From the IMG/VR virus record IMGVR_UViG_3300045950_000170, positions 1 through 52,273 of that record: a stretch of DNA of 52,273 nt, one strand, 5' to 3'. The notes beneath the pieces were generated by a model, which was given only the letters and a program-made list of their open reading frames with translations, did no database searches and was not told where the DNA came from. A program made the translations under genes and the position numbers. Shown here piece by piece: positions 16,856 to 27,330 of the stretch. Source of the stretch: a virus (Duplodnaviria > Caudoviricetes). Each line of letters begins with the position of its first letter. Position 1 is the stretch's first letter.

Positions 16856-17043
16856 TCCATGCCGGACACCGACTGCCGGATGTCTTGGACTACACGCTCG
16901 CGCAGATGACCGCGTTTCTCGATGCCGAAACACAACGAGATCGCGAGCACGCGAGCCTGCTTCTTGGCCTGACCGCTGTGGCCTGCCAGGGCGACAAGCG
17001 ATCCATCGAACGATTGCAGCGGGAGTTGGCCCATGCGGATTGA
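16753..17043 (+). CDS. Tail assembly chaperone GT extension (-1 programmed frameshift)
   Basis: The -1 frame is open from 16450 to 17043 and encodes WAHAIHRLIHAGH...DYTLAQMTAFL. Heptamer T TTT TTC at 16753-16759. Confidence 0.6.
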   Translation, partial: FFRAAGGADDPARRRPDQRANERSLGWAHAIHRLIHAGHRLPDVLDYTLAQMTAFLDAETQRDREHASLLLGLTAVACQGDKRSIERLQRELAHAD

Positions 17044-17674
17044 TCTGACGACTGCCGGGCTGTTCGATGCCCGGCAATTCAATGCCTGGTCCACCGAGCG
17101 TCGCGATGCCATTCGCGCGGCGCTGAAGCGCGGTATGCAATCGGGCGGTCGTGAAGTACGCGACGCCGCGCGCACACAGATGCGCGGCGCCTTCAACGTC
17201 AAGCGCAACAGCTTCATCTCCTCGATGCAGGCCAAGGTGCTGGACAAGAAGACCGATCGTCTGCCGGCCTTGCTGGTGGGCAGCAAGATTCCCTGGCTCG
17301 GGTTGCATGAAAAAGGCGGTACGGTCTCCGGCAATTTGCTGATTCCACTGCTTCCGGGGCGAATCGGACCGAAGCGGTTCAAGGCCGTCATCGATGGCCT
17401 GCTGCGATCAGGCAACGCCTTTTTCGTCGAGAAGAACGGCAAGGTCATCTTGATGGCCGAGAACATCCGTGAAAACGCGTCCCAACTTAACCGCTTCAAG
17501 CGGGCCGAGCGTGGGCGCACCGGAGCCAAACAGATCAAACGCGGCCAGGAGATCCCGATCGCCGTACTGGTCAAGTCCGTTTCGCTCAAGCGGCGACTGG
17601 ACCTGACCGGTGCCGTGCAGCGTTCTCTGCCGCGTTTGGCAAGCGCAATCCAAAAAGAACTGACGAAATCCTGA
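17033..17674 (+). CDS. Basic tail completion / neck protein (DUF6441-like)
   Basis: Arg/Lys-rich 213-aa protein coupled to the TMP gene. Confidence 0.55.
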   Translation: MRIDLTTAGLFDARQFNAWSTERRDAIRAALKRGMQSGGREVRDAARTQMRGAFNVKRNSFISSMQAKVLDKKTDRLPALLVGSKIPWLGLHEKGGTVSGNLLIPLLPGRIGPKRFKAVIDGLLRSGNAFFVEKNGKVILMAENIRENASQLNRFKRAERGRTGAKQIKRGQEIPIAVLVKSVSLKRRLDLTGAVQRSLPRLASAIQKELTKS

Positions 17675-20361
17675 TGGCCAACAACCGCGCCCAACTCCTG
17701 ATCACTGCCGTCGACCAGAGCCGTGGCGCCTTCGATTCCATCAAGCGCAATCTGGGTGACCTGGGCAACGCAGCTCGATCCATCAAAGGACTGCTTGGCT
17801 CACTCGGCGTAGCTGTATCTGCTGCCGGCTTTGGTGCCATGATCAAGTCGAGCATCGACTCGGCTGACGCGCTGGATGAGATGTCGCAGCGGGTCGGCAT
17901 CTCGGTCGAGACGCTGTCGACACTCAAGCCAGCGGCCGAATTGACGGGGGTCTCGGCGGAGATCTTCGAGAAGGGCCTGCGCAAACTCTCGACGACGATG
18001 CTCGAGGCCGCGACCGGCTCGGAGGATGCCAAACAGCGCTTCGCGGCATTGGGAGTTACGTTCCAGAACCAGGACGGCGCGCTGCGTGCGACCGACGAAG
18101 TGCTGCTTGATCTGGCCGACCGCTTCAAGGCCATGCCCGATGGTGCGGAGAAAACCGCACTGGCCATCGACACCTTCGGCAAATCCGGGGCTGACCTGAT
18201 CCTGTTCCTGAACCAGGGGCGAGAGGGTGTCGACGCACTGCGCACCGAGATGCAGGCCTTCGGGCTGGAGGTGAGCACGGAAACCGCCGCGCAGGCGGCC
18301 ACATTCAAGGACTCGCTCGACAAACTGCATTTCGCCAGTGGCATGGTCGGCAATCAGATCATCGCCTCCGTGTTGCCAGCCTTGAACGACATGGCCGGTG
18401 GCATGGTCGAGTCGGCCAAGCAAGGCGGCACGCTGCGCGCCATCCTGGACGGCGTGGTCCTGGTCCTGAAAACTCTGGCGCTGGGTGCCGCCACCGTCGG
18501 CAAGGCCTTCGTGGCGCTGGGCGAAGCCATTGGGGCCGGCATGGCGGCCGCCGTCGAGGCGCTGTCGGGCAACGTGTCCGGCGCGAAAGCCATCATCACG
18601 GAACTCAAGGGCAGCCTGGTTCAGCGCCTGGACGAATTGGCGAGCTTCCGCGACAGCCTGTTCGACCCGAAGCCGATCGAAGTGCGTGCGCCGGCAATCG
18701 TTGCCGATCCCACTCTGATCGATCGTCTGCGCACTCCAGGAAGGGCCTCCGGAGACAATGGGGCTGCCCGGTTGGCGCTAGCCAAGGCACTGGCCGATGC
18801 CGAACTGAAGCTGCTCAAGGATGGCCTGGATCGGCAATCACGCGACCTCGACGAGGCGCTCGACGGGCGCCTGATCTCGTTGGCGGACTACTACGCCGCC
18901 AAGAGCGGATTGGAAACCAGCGAGATCGATGCCGAGATCGCCCGCACGCAGACTTTGCTGGCGGAGCAACAGCGCATCGCCACATCGGGATCTGACGAAG
19001 GCGCGCGACTCAAGGCCAAAGCCGAGGTAGCGAAGATCGAGGCCGATCTCATCGTGCTCAACAACAAACGAGCCGATGTCGAAGTCGCGAACGCACGCAA
19101 GGCCGCCGATGCCGAGCGCGAATTGGCCGATGCGCTGACCCAGGCCCGCGAGGAACTGGCGCAGATCACCGGGCAATCCAGTGCCGCCGACCGTCGAGCC
19201 GCAATCGAGCGCGGTTACCGCGATCTGAAGGCCCGACTGTTGGCCGAGAGCGATGCCGACGGCGTTTCGCTGATCGATCGGCTGATCGATGTGAAAGCGG
19301 CGCAAGCCAACCTGGCGGCGCTGGAAGTCGAGTGGCGGCTGGTGACCGAGCGGCTGCGCAATGCGCAAGAGGCCATTCAGACGCAGCAGCAAGCGGGGCT
19401 GTTGACTGAGGCCCAGGCCCGTCAGCAGATCGTCGCCCTGCAGCAGCAATCGGCCACCGAAATGGAGCGGCTCCTGCCGACCATGCAACAGGCGGCGCAA
19501 GCCATCGGGCCCGACGCGGTCGTGCGGGTGCAGGCGTGGCGCAACGAGCTGGAACGCACCAAGCTGGTCGTCGATCAAATGGCGCCGCTGTGGAACCGCA
19601 TCGGCGAGAGCTTTGGAGGCGCGCTCAACGGGATGATCACCGGTGCGCAGACTTGGCGCAGCGCTCTCGCCACTATCTTCCAGCAGGTGGCGGATGCCTT
19701 CTTGCAGCAGATCGTCATACAGCCTTTCCAGCAGTGGATCGCCATGCAGGCGCGGATGCTGGCGATCAAGCTGGGCTTCGTGCAGCAGGAACAGGCCGTG
19801 GACGCGGCGGCCAGCGCCACGACCGTCGCACAGAAATCGGCGGAAACCACCGCCGTGGTCTCGATGGACGCCGCCAAAGCAGGCGCAGGTGCGGCGGCTT
19901 CACAAGCCTCCATCCCCTATGTGGGGCCAGCGCTTGCGATAGCGGCGATGGTCGCCATGGTCGCGGCGGTGATGGGGCTGCTCGGCAACACAAAGAAGTT
20001 CGTCTCGGGTGGGTTGGTGACCGGCCCTGGCACTTCGACCTCGGATTCGATCCCGGCGCGTCTGTCCGCCGGTGAATTCGTCATGAATGCCGCTGCGGTG
20101 AAACGGGTCGGCGTGGACTTCCTGCACTCCATCAACGGTCTGTCGTCCGGGCCGAGAGTTTCCGGCCACACCCTGGCCTTTTCCGCCGGTGGTCTGGTGC
20201 CGGAAGCACCGTCCCAGCAGGTACAAGGGCAAGCGGTGCGCATCGTCAACGTCATCGACCCGGCGATGGCCGCCGATTACCTCAACTCGTCTTCGGGCGA
20301 AAAAACCATCCTCAACATCCTGCAGCGCAACGCGGGCGCGGTGCGGCAGGTGCTGGGCTGA
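17674..20361 (+). CDS. Tail tape measure protein
   Basis: 895 aa, Ala/Gln-rich and helical. FGKSGADL repeat motif and C-terminal GG.VTGPGTSTSDSIPARLS.GEFV. Confidence 0.92.
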   Translation: MANNRAQLLITAVDQSRGAFDSIKRNLGDLGNAARSIKGLLGSLGVAVSAAGFGAMIKSSIDSADALDEMSQRVGISVETLSTLKPAAELTGVSAEIFEKGLRKLSTTMLEAATGSEDAKQRFAALGVTFQNQDGALRATDEVLLDLADRFKAMPDGAEKTALAIDTFGKSGADLILFLNQGREGVDALRTEMQAFGLEVSTETAAQAATFKDSLDKLHFASGMVGNQIIASVLPALNDMAGGMVESAKQGGTLRAILDGVVLVLKTLALGAATVGKAFVALGEAIGAGMAAAVEALSGNVSGAKAIITELKGSLVQRLDELASFRDSLFDPKPIEVRAPAIVADPTLIDRLRTPGRASGDNGAARLALAKALADAELKLLKDGLDRQSRDLDEALDGRLISLADYYAAKSGLETSEIDAEIARTQTLLAEQQRIATSGSDEGARLKAKAEVAKIEADLIVLNNKRADVEVANARKAADAERELADALTQAREELAQITGQSSAADRRAAIERGYRDLKARLLAESDADGVSLIDRLIDVKAAQANLAALEVEWRLVTERLRNAQEAIQTQQQAGLLTEAQARQQIVALQQQSATEMERLLPTMQQAAQAIGPDAVVRVQAWRNELERTKLVVDQMAPLWNRIGESFGGALNGMITGAQTWRSALATIFQQVADAFLQQIVIQPFQQWIAMQARMLAIKLGFVQQEQAVDAAASATTVAQKSAETTAVVSMDAAKAGAGAAASQASIPYVGPALAIAAMVAMVAAVMGLLGNTKKFVSGGLVTGPGTSTSDSIPARLSAGEFVMNAAAVKRVGVDFLHSINGLSSGPRVSGHTLAFSAGGLVPEAPSQQVQGQAVRIVNVIDPAMAADYLNSSSGEKTILNILQRNAGAVRQVLG

Positions 20362-20391
20362 CAGAAACCCGATCCAGCAAGGACCACACAC

Positions 20392-21222
20392 ATGACTGCC
20401 TACGTCGGCTTCGTCGACAACACGATGATGCTCGCCCACCAGCAGATGCTCGAAACGTTTCGCGACGTCTGCCTGGCCGAGGGTTGGACCATCCTCCGTT
20501 ACGACACCGCCATCACGAACCGCGAACTGCTGATGATGGCGCCCGGCCTGTCCGGTACCGAACAGATCTTCTGTGGGGTCTACTGCTACCAGGACAGCAA
20601 CGCGGATTACTACAACCTGGCGGTCGCGACCATGAAAGGCTATGTCGCGGCCAACTCGTTTCTAACCCAGCCGGGCATCTCGCCGGTACTTGGTGTGCCC
20701 GCGCACAACCAGCGCATCGACTACTGGCTCTCCGTCAACGGACAGCGGCTGAATGTGGCGATGAAGGTCGGCACACCCGTGTACGAATCGTTCGGCATCG
20801 GCAAGTTCTTCCCCTATGCGTCACCGGGCCAATACCCCCAGCCGCTATTTGCGGCCGGCATGCTGACCAGCGCATCGGCCACGCGCTACTCCGAGACCAC
20901 CCACACCATGCCGTGGAAAGGCAATCGCAACAACCTGCGCATGCATTTCAACGACGGCACCTGGAAGGCGCCACTCGCCACCCCTTGGGGCCAATCGACG
21001 ATGGCCAATGCCTGCCGTCCAGCGGAGACCACTTACGCACTCTATCCGGTGATGCTCTACGACTCCGGAAACATCTACGGCGCGCTGGACGGGATCTACC
21101 ACATCACCGGCTTCGACAACGTCGTCGAGAACACCCTCGTCATCGACGGCAAGAACTACGTCGTCATCCAGGACGTCGGCCGCACGTCGTTTGGCGACTA
21201 CATTGCGCTGGAGCTCTCCTGA
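20392..21222 (+). CDS. Virion structural (tail) protein
   Basis: First gene after TMP; G.LDGIYHITGF.N..EN...IDG..Y motif. Confidence 0.7.
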   Translation: MTAYVGFVDNTMMLAHQQMLETFRDVCLAEGWTILRYDTAITNRELLMMAPGLSGTEQIFCGVYCYQDSNADYYNLAVATMKGYVAANSFLTQPGISPVLGVPAHNQRIDYWLSVNGQRLNVAMKVGTPVYESFGIGKFFPYASPGQYPQPLFAAGMLTSASATRYSETTHTMPWKGNRNNLRMHFNDGTWKAPLATPWGQSTMANACRPAETTYALYPVMLYDSGNIYGALDGIYHITGFDNVVENTLVIDGKNYVVIQDVGRTSFGDYIALELS

Positions 21223-22154
21223 TGCCTTACGTCACCGGACTGGCTAACAGCGCCAACGATCTGCTCAATGCCGTGGTCACTGCCGGAACCGACAACGGCT
21301 GGACCTGGGACGCCAGCAACAGCATGCTCTACAAGGGCGACATCTACGGTCGCCTGACGGTCAGCGGCTTGAACCTTCTGGTGCAGGCCGCCCTTGGCTA
21401 CTCCGGTGCCACGCTGAACACGCCAGCCGCCAAACTGGTCGGCATCACCAACCGGCTGGGGCAAGCGGGCAACACGCTGCTGAGCTACCCGGTGACCTAC
21501 CACATCTTCGTGCACACGGCCCCGGACGACATCATCGTCGTCGTCAACTACCAGGTGATGTGGTGGCAATGGCTTGCGATCGGCCAGGCACGCAGCTTTG
21601 GCGTGCTCGGCAATGCCATCTGGCATTGGGGCACCGCGACTTCCGATATTAGCACCAGCGCCGGTGTGGCGATCGACTCGAATGGCAGCACCGGCAGTGG
21701 TGGCGGCAACACATCCGGCGCGCCGTTCTGGCAATCCAATGACACCACTGGTGTCCAGAACAGCTCGATCTACCTGAACTTCAACGGCCACGGCTGGTGG
21801 AACAACCCCGTGGGCGTCTCCACGGCGAATCCGAATAACGCGCGTGCCACCATTGCCGTCCCGACGCTGCTGCTGACCCAGCCGAACAACTGGAACGGAG
21901 AGGCCGTGCTGACGCGCATCCACATCATGGCGGCGCAGCCCTCCAGCTTCTGGTCGCACGTCGCGGAGCTTCCGCATCTGCGGATGACACGCAACGACAA
22001 CATCGACGACGGCCAGATCCTGACGCTCGGCTCGGAGCGCTGGTTCATCGCACCGGTGTATCGCAAGAACACCGCGAGCCGCGCCGCGTCGCCCTACAAC
22101 GGCGCGACCCACTCCGGGACGATCGCGATGGCCGTCCGCTACGACGGCCCCTGA
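21222..22154 (+). CDS. Virion structural (tail) protein
   Basis: True start is likely the ATG at 21222 (MPYVTG), overlapping the previous stop. Beta-rich, Gly/Asn/Ser-rich. Confidence 0.7.
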   Translation: MPYVTGLANSANDLLNAVVTAGTDNGWTWDASNSMLYKGDIYGRLTVSGLNLLVQAALGYSGATLNTPAAKLVGITNRLGQAGNTLLSYPVTYHIFVHTAPDDIIVVVNYQVMWWQWLAIGQARSFGVLGNAIWHWGTATSDISTSAGVAIDSNGSTGSGGGNTSGAPFWQSNDTTGVQNSSIYLNFNGHGWWNNPVGVSTANPNNARATIAVPTLLLTQPNNWNGEAVLTRIHIMAAQPSSFWSHVAELPHLRMTRNDNIDDGQILTLGSERWFIAPVYRKNTASRAASPYNGATHSGTIAMAVRYDGP

Positions 22155-22187
22155 TCCTCCACCTTCACCTCAATCGAGAGCTTTGAC

Positions 22188-23879
22188 ATGCCCGTCCTGA
22201 CAGGCATGGTGCTCGATCGCGCCCAGGCTGGCTCACTGAACCCGCTCCTGAGCATCGATGGGTATCAGGTTGCCGCCATCTATCCGTACACCGCCAGCGA
22301 TACGCCACGAGCTGAGAGAGGCGCACGGAGCTACACCGCCGACATCTCGGTGCCTGCGCAGCGGGCGCTGACCGGCATGCAGGTGCCGAGCTACTTCGAG
22401 GACTTCTACTTCCGTGTGCATCTGCTGCCCGGGCGCATCAACCTCGGCAGCCTGGCATCCGAACAGAGCCGCACGATCGAGGTCTGGAATGCGCGGCTGA
22501 CACCGAACAACTTGGCCTCGATCACCGCCACAGGTGCGGAAGGCATGACGCTGACTGGTCCAGCGCCGGCGCCGACCGTGTTTGCTGCCAATGAATCGCG
22601 GCTCTATACGCTCGCGGTCACGCCGAATGGGCCGCCTACCGTGAACGCGACCTTCGTTTTCGCGTTTGCCCTCGACAGTTCCACCTTGCAGGCGACCGGG
22701 CGTCGCATCGTCGGTTGGATCTTTGCGCCGAACTGGGTACAGCCGGTTGTCGAACGGCTGGAATGGCTCACCGATGTGATGGAGTCTCATGCTGGGTTTG
22801 AGCAGCGCGTGCGCTTGCGCGCCGGGGCCAGGCGCAGCTTCGAGTACAGCGCCCTGGTTGGCTCGGACACCGAGCGTGTAAAGATGGAGAACCTGTTGCT
22901 GTCCTGGCAGGCGCGGGTGTTCGGCTTGCCGCTTTGGACCGATGTCGCGCTTGCGGCAAACCCCATTCCTGCTGGCGCGACGTCCATTGCCGTGACGACA
23001 GCCAATCGAGACTTTGCCGTCGGCGGCTTGGTGGGACTGGTTCTGGCAACGGAATCCGAGTTCGCCGAGATCACGGCGGTCCTGCCCGCGTCGCTGACCA
23101 TCAAGAGCCCGCTGGATTCGACCTGGCCGGTTGGCACCAAGATCCTGCCAGTCCAGCCTGCAAGGGTGCAGAACGAACTCGGCCTGACCTACCTGAGCGA
23201 TGCCATCGGTCGGGCCACGGTCCGCTTCCAGCTCGAGGACGAGTGGTTGCTGCCCGCTGCCACCGAGACACTGGATTACCGGGGCTACCCCGTCCTGCTC
23301 ACCGCGACCAACTGGACCGAGGACGTCGATACAGACTACGCCCGCAAGCTCAACGAGCTGGATTTCCTGACGGGCCGACGCGCCATCGATGACCTGTCGG
23401 GGATTGGCACCGTGCGCCGGACGCATCGCTGGCTGATCAGCGGACGCGCCGCGATCGCGGCGTTCCGGTCCTGGTTGGCCGCTCGCGCAGGCAGACTGAC
23501 GGCGTTCTGGATGCCCAGTTTCCAGTCGGACCTGAAGGTAGTAAGCCCCATCGGCGCCTTCGACTCGGCCATCACCGTGGAGAACCGCGCCTACGCCGCC
23601 AACGTGCCGGCCACCGTTGGGCGGCGCGACATCATGATTGCCACCACGTCCGGCAGCCGCTACTACCGGCGCATCACGGGCGCCACAGCTCTTACACCCA
23701 GCACTGAAAGCATCGCCATCGACAGCGTGGTGGGCGCGGCACTGCTGCCAGAGCAGATCCGGCATGTGTCGTTCATGAAGCTGGTGCGCCTGGACAGCGA
23801 TGCCATCGAACTGGCTCACCACACTGACGATATGGCGGAGGTGTCCATCTCCGTCAGAAGCGTTCGGGATGACACATGA
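22188..23879 (+). CDS. Tail structural protein (distal tail-like)
   Basis: PNW..PVVERLEWLTDV...EQR..LR...RRSF and RLDSD.IEL.H.TD motifs typical of siphoviral tail-base proteins. Confidence 0.7.
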   Translation: MPVLTGMVLDRAQAGSLNPLLSIDGYQVAAIYPYTASDTPRAERGARSYTADISVPAQRALTGMQVPSYFEDFYFRVHLLPGRINLGSLASEQSRTIEVWNARLTPNNLASITATGAEGMTLTGPAPAPTVFAANESRLYTLAVTPNGPPTVNATFVFAFALDSSTLQATGRRIVGWIFAPNWVQPVVERLEWLTDVMESHAGFEQRVRLRAGARRSFEYSALVGSDTERVKMENLLLSWQARVFGLPLWTDVALAANPIPAGATSIAVTTANRDFAVGGLVGLVLATESEFAEITAVLPASLTIKSPLDSTWPVGTKILPVQPARVQNELGLTYLSDAIGRATVRFQLEDEWLLPAATETLDYRGYPVLLTATNWTEDVDTDYARKLNELDFLTGRRAIDDLSGIGTVRRTHRWLISGRAAIAAFRSWLAARAGRLTAFWMPSFQSDLKVVSPIGAFDSAITVENRAYAANVPATVGRRDIMIATTSGSRYYRRITGATALTPSTESIAIDSVVGAALLPEQIRHVSFMKLVRLDSDAIELAHHTDDMAEVSISVRSVRDDT

Positions 23880-24685
23880 CCTACGCCAGCCGAGAAGCAT
23901 CTATAGACGCCAGCAGTCCAGTGGAGTTGTACGAGTTTCGCCGCGGCGGTGAAACCTGGCGTTACACCAGCGCCGCGCAGGATGCGACTTATGCGACCTA
24001 CAGCTACAGCGCAGTGCCGATCAGTCGCGGCAGCATCGAACAGACCACTGAGATCGGCAAGGCGGGACTACGCATCACCTTTGCGCGCGATGTCGAGGTT
24101 GCCCAGGGCTTCATTTCGACACCGCCGTCAGAGATCACCTTGCTCACGCTGTACCGGCAACATCGCGGTGATGGCGAAACTGTCGCGGTATGGATGGGTC
24201 GTGTGCTCAACGCGGAATGGCGCGAATCGGTCGTCGAGCTCAACTGCGAGCCGGTTTACACCAGCCTGCAGCGCATCGGCCTGCGGCGGCTGTATCAACG
24301 CAACTGCCCGCATGTGCTCTACGGAACGGCGTGCGGGGCTAGCGCGGTAGTGTTCCGGGTCGCAGGGACTGTCACCTCGATTGCCGGCACATTACTGAGT
24401 GTTCCGGCCGCAGCAGGGTATGCCGTCGGGCACTTCGCGGGCGGCTACGCGACCTGGGCGGCCAACGGCATCACCGAAAAACGCATGATCGTCGGCCACA
24501 ACGCCGATGCCATCACCTTGTCGGCCGTGCCACCGGGACTCGCCATTGGCGATGCCATCTATCTGTACCCCGGCTGTGATCGAACTTTGAGCACCTGCCA
24601 CGCTAAGTTCGGCAACAGCGCCAACTTCGGCGGATTCCCGTTCATTCCGACCAAGAATCCCTTCGGTGGCAGCCCGATTTACTGA
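23876..24685 (+). CDS. Phage BR0599 / DUF2163 family tail hub protein
   Basis: PVELYEF, C.H.LY...C and YPGCDRTLSTC..KFGN..NFGGFPFIP. Confidence 0.85.
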   Translation: MTYASREASIDASSPVELYEFRRGGETWRYTSAAQDATYATYSYSAVPISRGSIEQTTEIGKAGLRITFARDVEVAQGFISTPPSEITLLTLYRQHRGDGETVAVWMGRVLNAEWRESVVELNCEPVYTSLQRIGLRRLYQRNCPHVLYGTACGASAVVFRVAGTVTSIAGTLLSVPAAAGYAVGHFAGGYATWAANGITEKRMIVGHNADAITLSAVPPGLAIGDAIYLYPGCDRTLSTCHAKFGNSANFGGFPFIPTKNPFGGSPIY

Positions 24686-24708
24686 GACCAAGTAGCTGAG
24701 GGATTCCT

Positions 24709-24939
24709 ATGTGGGCCGCTATCGCCGTTCTGATCGTCAGCGTACTGATTCAGTACGCGTTGCAACCCAAAACACCACAGCCCCAGGCCGCAGAACTCAA
24801 AGACTTCGATGCGCCGACCGCCGATGAAGGCCGCCCCGTGCCGGTCGTGTTCGGCAGTGTGCTGGTGAAGAGCGCCAACGTGGTGTGGTACGGCGATCTG
24901 CGCACCACGCCGATCAAATCCAAAGGTGGAAAGAAATGA
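24709..24939 (+). CDS. Small tail assembly protein
   Basis: PTADEGRPVPVVFG...NVVWYGDL...GGKK motif. Confidence 0.75.
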   Translation: MWAAIAVLIVSVLIQYALQPKTPQPQAAELKDFDAPTADEGRPVPVVFGSVLVKSANVVWYGDLRTTPIKSKGGKK

Positions 24940-25154
24940 CCGACATTCTGGTGACCCATTGCGACATGCGTCGCCTGGGCTATTGCAATCGTGGCGCGCG
25001 GGAGTGGTTCGCGCGCCACCAGCTCGACTGGAGCCTGTTCATCGACCAAGGGCTGCCAGCGCCCATGTTGCTGGCAACCGGGGACAGCATGGCCGAGGAC
25101 GTAGTCGCCGCCGCCCGAGAACGCATCGCCTCCGAGGTGCACGATGGGCGGTAG
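24936..25154 (+). CDS. Small tail-module protein (72 aa)
   Basis: ATG at 24936 (ATGA overlap); YC.RGAREWF.RH.LDW..F...G motif. Confidence 0.7.
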   Translation: MTDILVTHCDMRRLGYCNRGAREWFARHQLDWSLFIDQGLPAPMLLATGDSMAEDVVAAARERIASEVHDGR

Positions 25155-27330
25155 CAGCAAATCGCAGACGGTCGGCTACCGCTACTACCTGGGGATGCAC
25201 CTCGCCATCTGCCACGGACCGGTCGATGCCATCACCGAGATCCAGGTCGGCGAGCGCCAGGCCTGGAGCGGCAACCTCACAGCCAGCGGACGGATCACGG
25301 TCAACATGCCGGAGCTGTTCGGTGGCGAGAAGCGCGAAGGCGGTGTCTCCGGTGCCATCGATGCCGCGTTTGGCCAGGCGGCGCAGACACCGAATGACTA
25401 CCTCGTCTCGAAGATCGGCTCGCCACAGCCTGCCTATCGCGGGATTCTGAGCCTGATTCTGCGGCAGGTGTACATAGCCGCGAACAACCCCTACATGAAG
25501 CCATGGGCGGTGCGCGTGAAGCGCTGCTTCCGCGACTGGTACTCCGCAAAGGCGGAGATCAACGGCGCGGCCAACCCGGCGCACATCGTCTATGAGTGCC
25601 TGACGAATGCCGCCTGGGGCATGGGCTATCCGACGGCCAGCATCGACGACGCCTCGTTTCGTGCGGCGGCTGATGTGCTCTACACCGAAGGGTTCGGCCT
25701 GAACATGATCTGGCTGCAGCAGAGCAAGATCGAGCAGTTCATCAAGGAGATCATGGATCACATCGGCGGCGTGCTCACGACCTCGCCGTCGACCGGGCGC
25801 TTCGTCCTGAAGCTGGTGCGCGCCGACTACACCGTCTCGACGCTCCGCGTCCTGAACCCGGATAACGTCATCGAGCTGGAGAGTTTTCAGCGGGCTGCGT
25901 GGGGTGAGACGACCAACGAGATCGTGCTCATCTACACCAAGCCAGACACCTTCAAAGAGACCAGCATCGCGGTCCAGGATCTGGCCAACATCCAGGCGCA
26001 GGGCGCCGTGGTATCGCAGACACGGCGCTACCCCGGCATCACCTCGGACAACCTTGCTGCCCGGGTCGCCATGCGCGATCTGGCCGTCGTCTCCACGCCG
26101 CTTGCCAAGGTCCGCTTGAAGGTGAACCGAGCAGCCTGGAATCTCTATCCGGGTGATGTGTTCAAGCTGGAGTGGCCAGCGCTCGGGATCGCCGGTCTGG
26201 TGATGCGGATTGCAGGCGTCGATGGTGGCTCACTCACCAACGGCGCCATCAGCATCGACGCGATCGAGGATGTGTTCGGACTGCCCTCGGCGGCCTACAC
26301 CGCCTCGCAGCCCACGGGATGGACCGATCCGGTTCCCGCGCCGACGGCGACCACGCCTCGGCGTCTGGTCGAGGCCCCGTACTGGGACGTTGCCCGTGCA
26401 CTGTCCGCAGCAGAGCTAGCCTACCTCGATGCCACCGACTGCTTCCTGCAGACTCTGGGCGGGCGCCCAGTACCGGGCGCCATGAACTACGACTTGTATA
26501 GCAAGACAAGTTCGGCATCGACTTACAACCAGCGCGGCCAAGGTGAGTTCTGCCCCACGGCGGTGTTGGCTTCCAGCCTCGCGCAAGAGGTCACCAGCAC
26601 GGCCACCTACAGCGGCGAACTCGACATCGATCTGGTCGCCACCGGGACCTATGCCTACATCAACGACGAAGTCGTCCTGGTCACCGCGATCAACACGACC
26701 ACTCAAAGCCTGACGCTGACCCGTGGCGTTATGGATTCCGTGCCGGTCAGCCACGCGGTAGGCAGCCGGATCTGGTTTGCCGATGGCGCGCAGGGTGTCG
26801 ATCCGACCGAATACGCCGCTGGGGAAACGGTCAATGCTCGTCTGCTCACCGTGACCGGAAAAGGCACGCTGGCACTGGCATCGGCTCCCACCGACTCCCT
26901 CGCGATGAACCGCCGCCAGAATCGCCCGTACCCGCCCGGCAACGTCAAGATCAACAACGTGGCCTACCCGGCGGTCGCCAAGGGTGACTTGGTCATCTCC
27001 TGGGCGCACAGGGACCGGCTGAGCCAGACGGTGAGCCTGGTGTCCCAGACCAACGGCAACATCGGCCCGGAGGCTGGCGTGACCTACACGCTGCGCATCT
27101 ACGGGGAAGCGGGCAGCCTGCGGCGTACCTACAGCGGCCAGACCGGCACCAGCCAGACCTACACATTGGCCGACGACACCGCCGATTCCGGTCTTGGCCG
27201 ACCCAATGCTGCGCTGCGCATCGAGCTCGAGTCGAATCGCTCCAGCGTGATTAGCCTGCAGAAGCACTCGATCACCTTCGAACGCGCGGGCTATGGACTT
27301 TCCTACGACAAGTACTACGGAGGCATCTGA
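25144..27330 (+). CDS. Tail tip / central fibre protein
   Basis: GYRYYLGMH..ICHGPVD, NPAHIVYECLTN..WGMG and RPYPPGNVKIN. Confidence 0.85.
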   Translation: MGGSSKSQTVGYRYYLGMHLAICHGPVDAITEIQVGERQAWSGNLTASGRITVNMPELFGGEKREGGVSGAIDAAFGQAAQTPNDYLVSKIGSPQPAYRGILSLILRQVYIAANNPYMKPWAVRVKRCFRDWYSAKAEINGAANPAHIVYECLTNAAWGMGYPTASIDDASFRAAADVLYTEGFGLNMIWLQQSKIEQFIKEIMDHIGGVLTTSPSTGRFVLKLVRADYTVSTLRVLNPDNVIELESFQRAAWGETTNEIVLIYTKPDTFKETSIAVQDLANIQAQGAVVSQTRRYPGITSDNLAARVAMRDLAVVSTPLAKVRLKVNRAAWNLYPGDVFKLEWPALGIAGLVMRIAGVDGGSLTNGAISIDAIEDVFGLPSAAYTASQPTGWTDPVPAPTATTPRRLVEAPYWDVARALSAAELAYLDATDCFLQTLGGRPVPGAMNYDLYSKTSSASTYNQRGQGEFCPTAVLASSLAQEVTSTATYSGELDIDLVATGTYAYINDEVVLVTAINTTTQSLTLTRGVMDSVPVSHAVGSRIWFADGAQGVDPTEYAAGETVNARLLTVTGKGTLALASAPTDSLAMNRRQNRPYPPGNVKINNVAYPAVAKGDLVISWAHRDRLSQTVSLVSQTNGNIGPEAGVTYTLRIYGEAGSLRRTYSGQTGTSQTYTLADDTADSGLGRPNAALRIELESNRSSVISLQKHSITFERAGYGLSYDKYYGGI

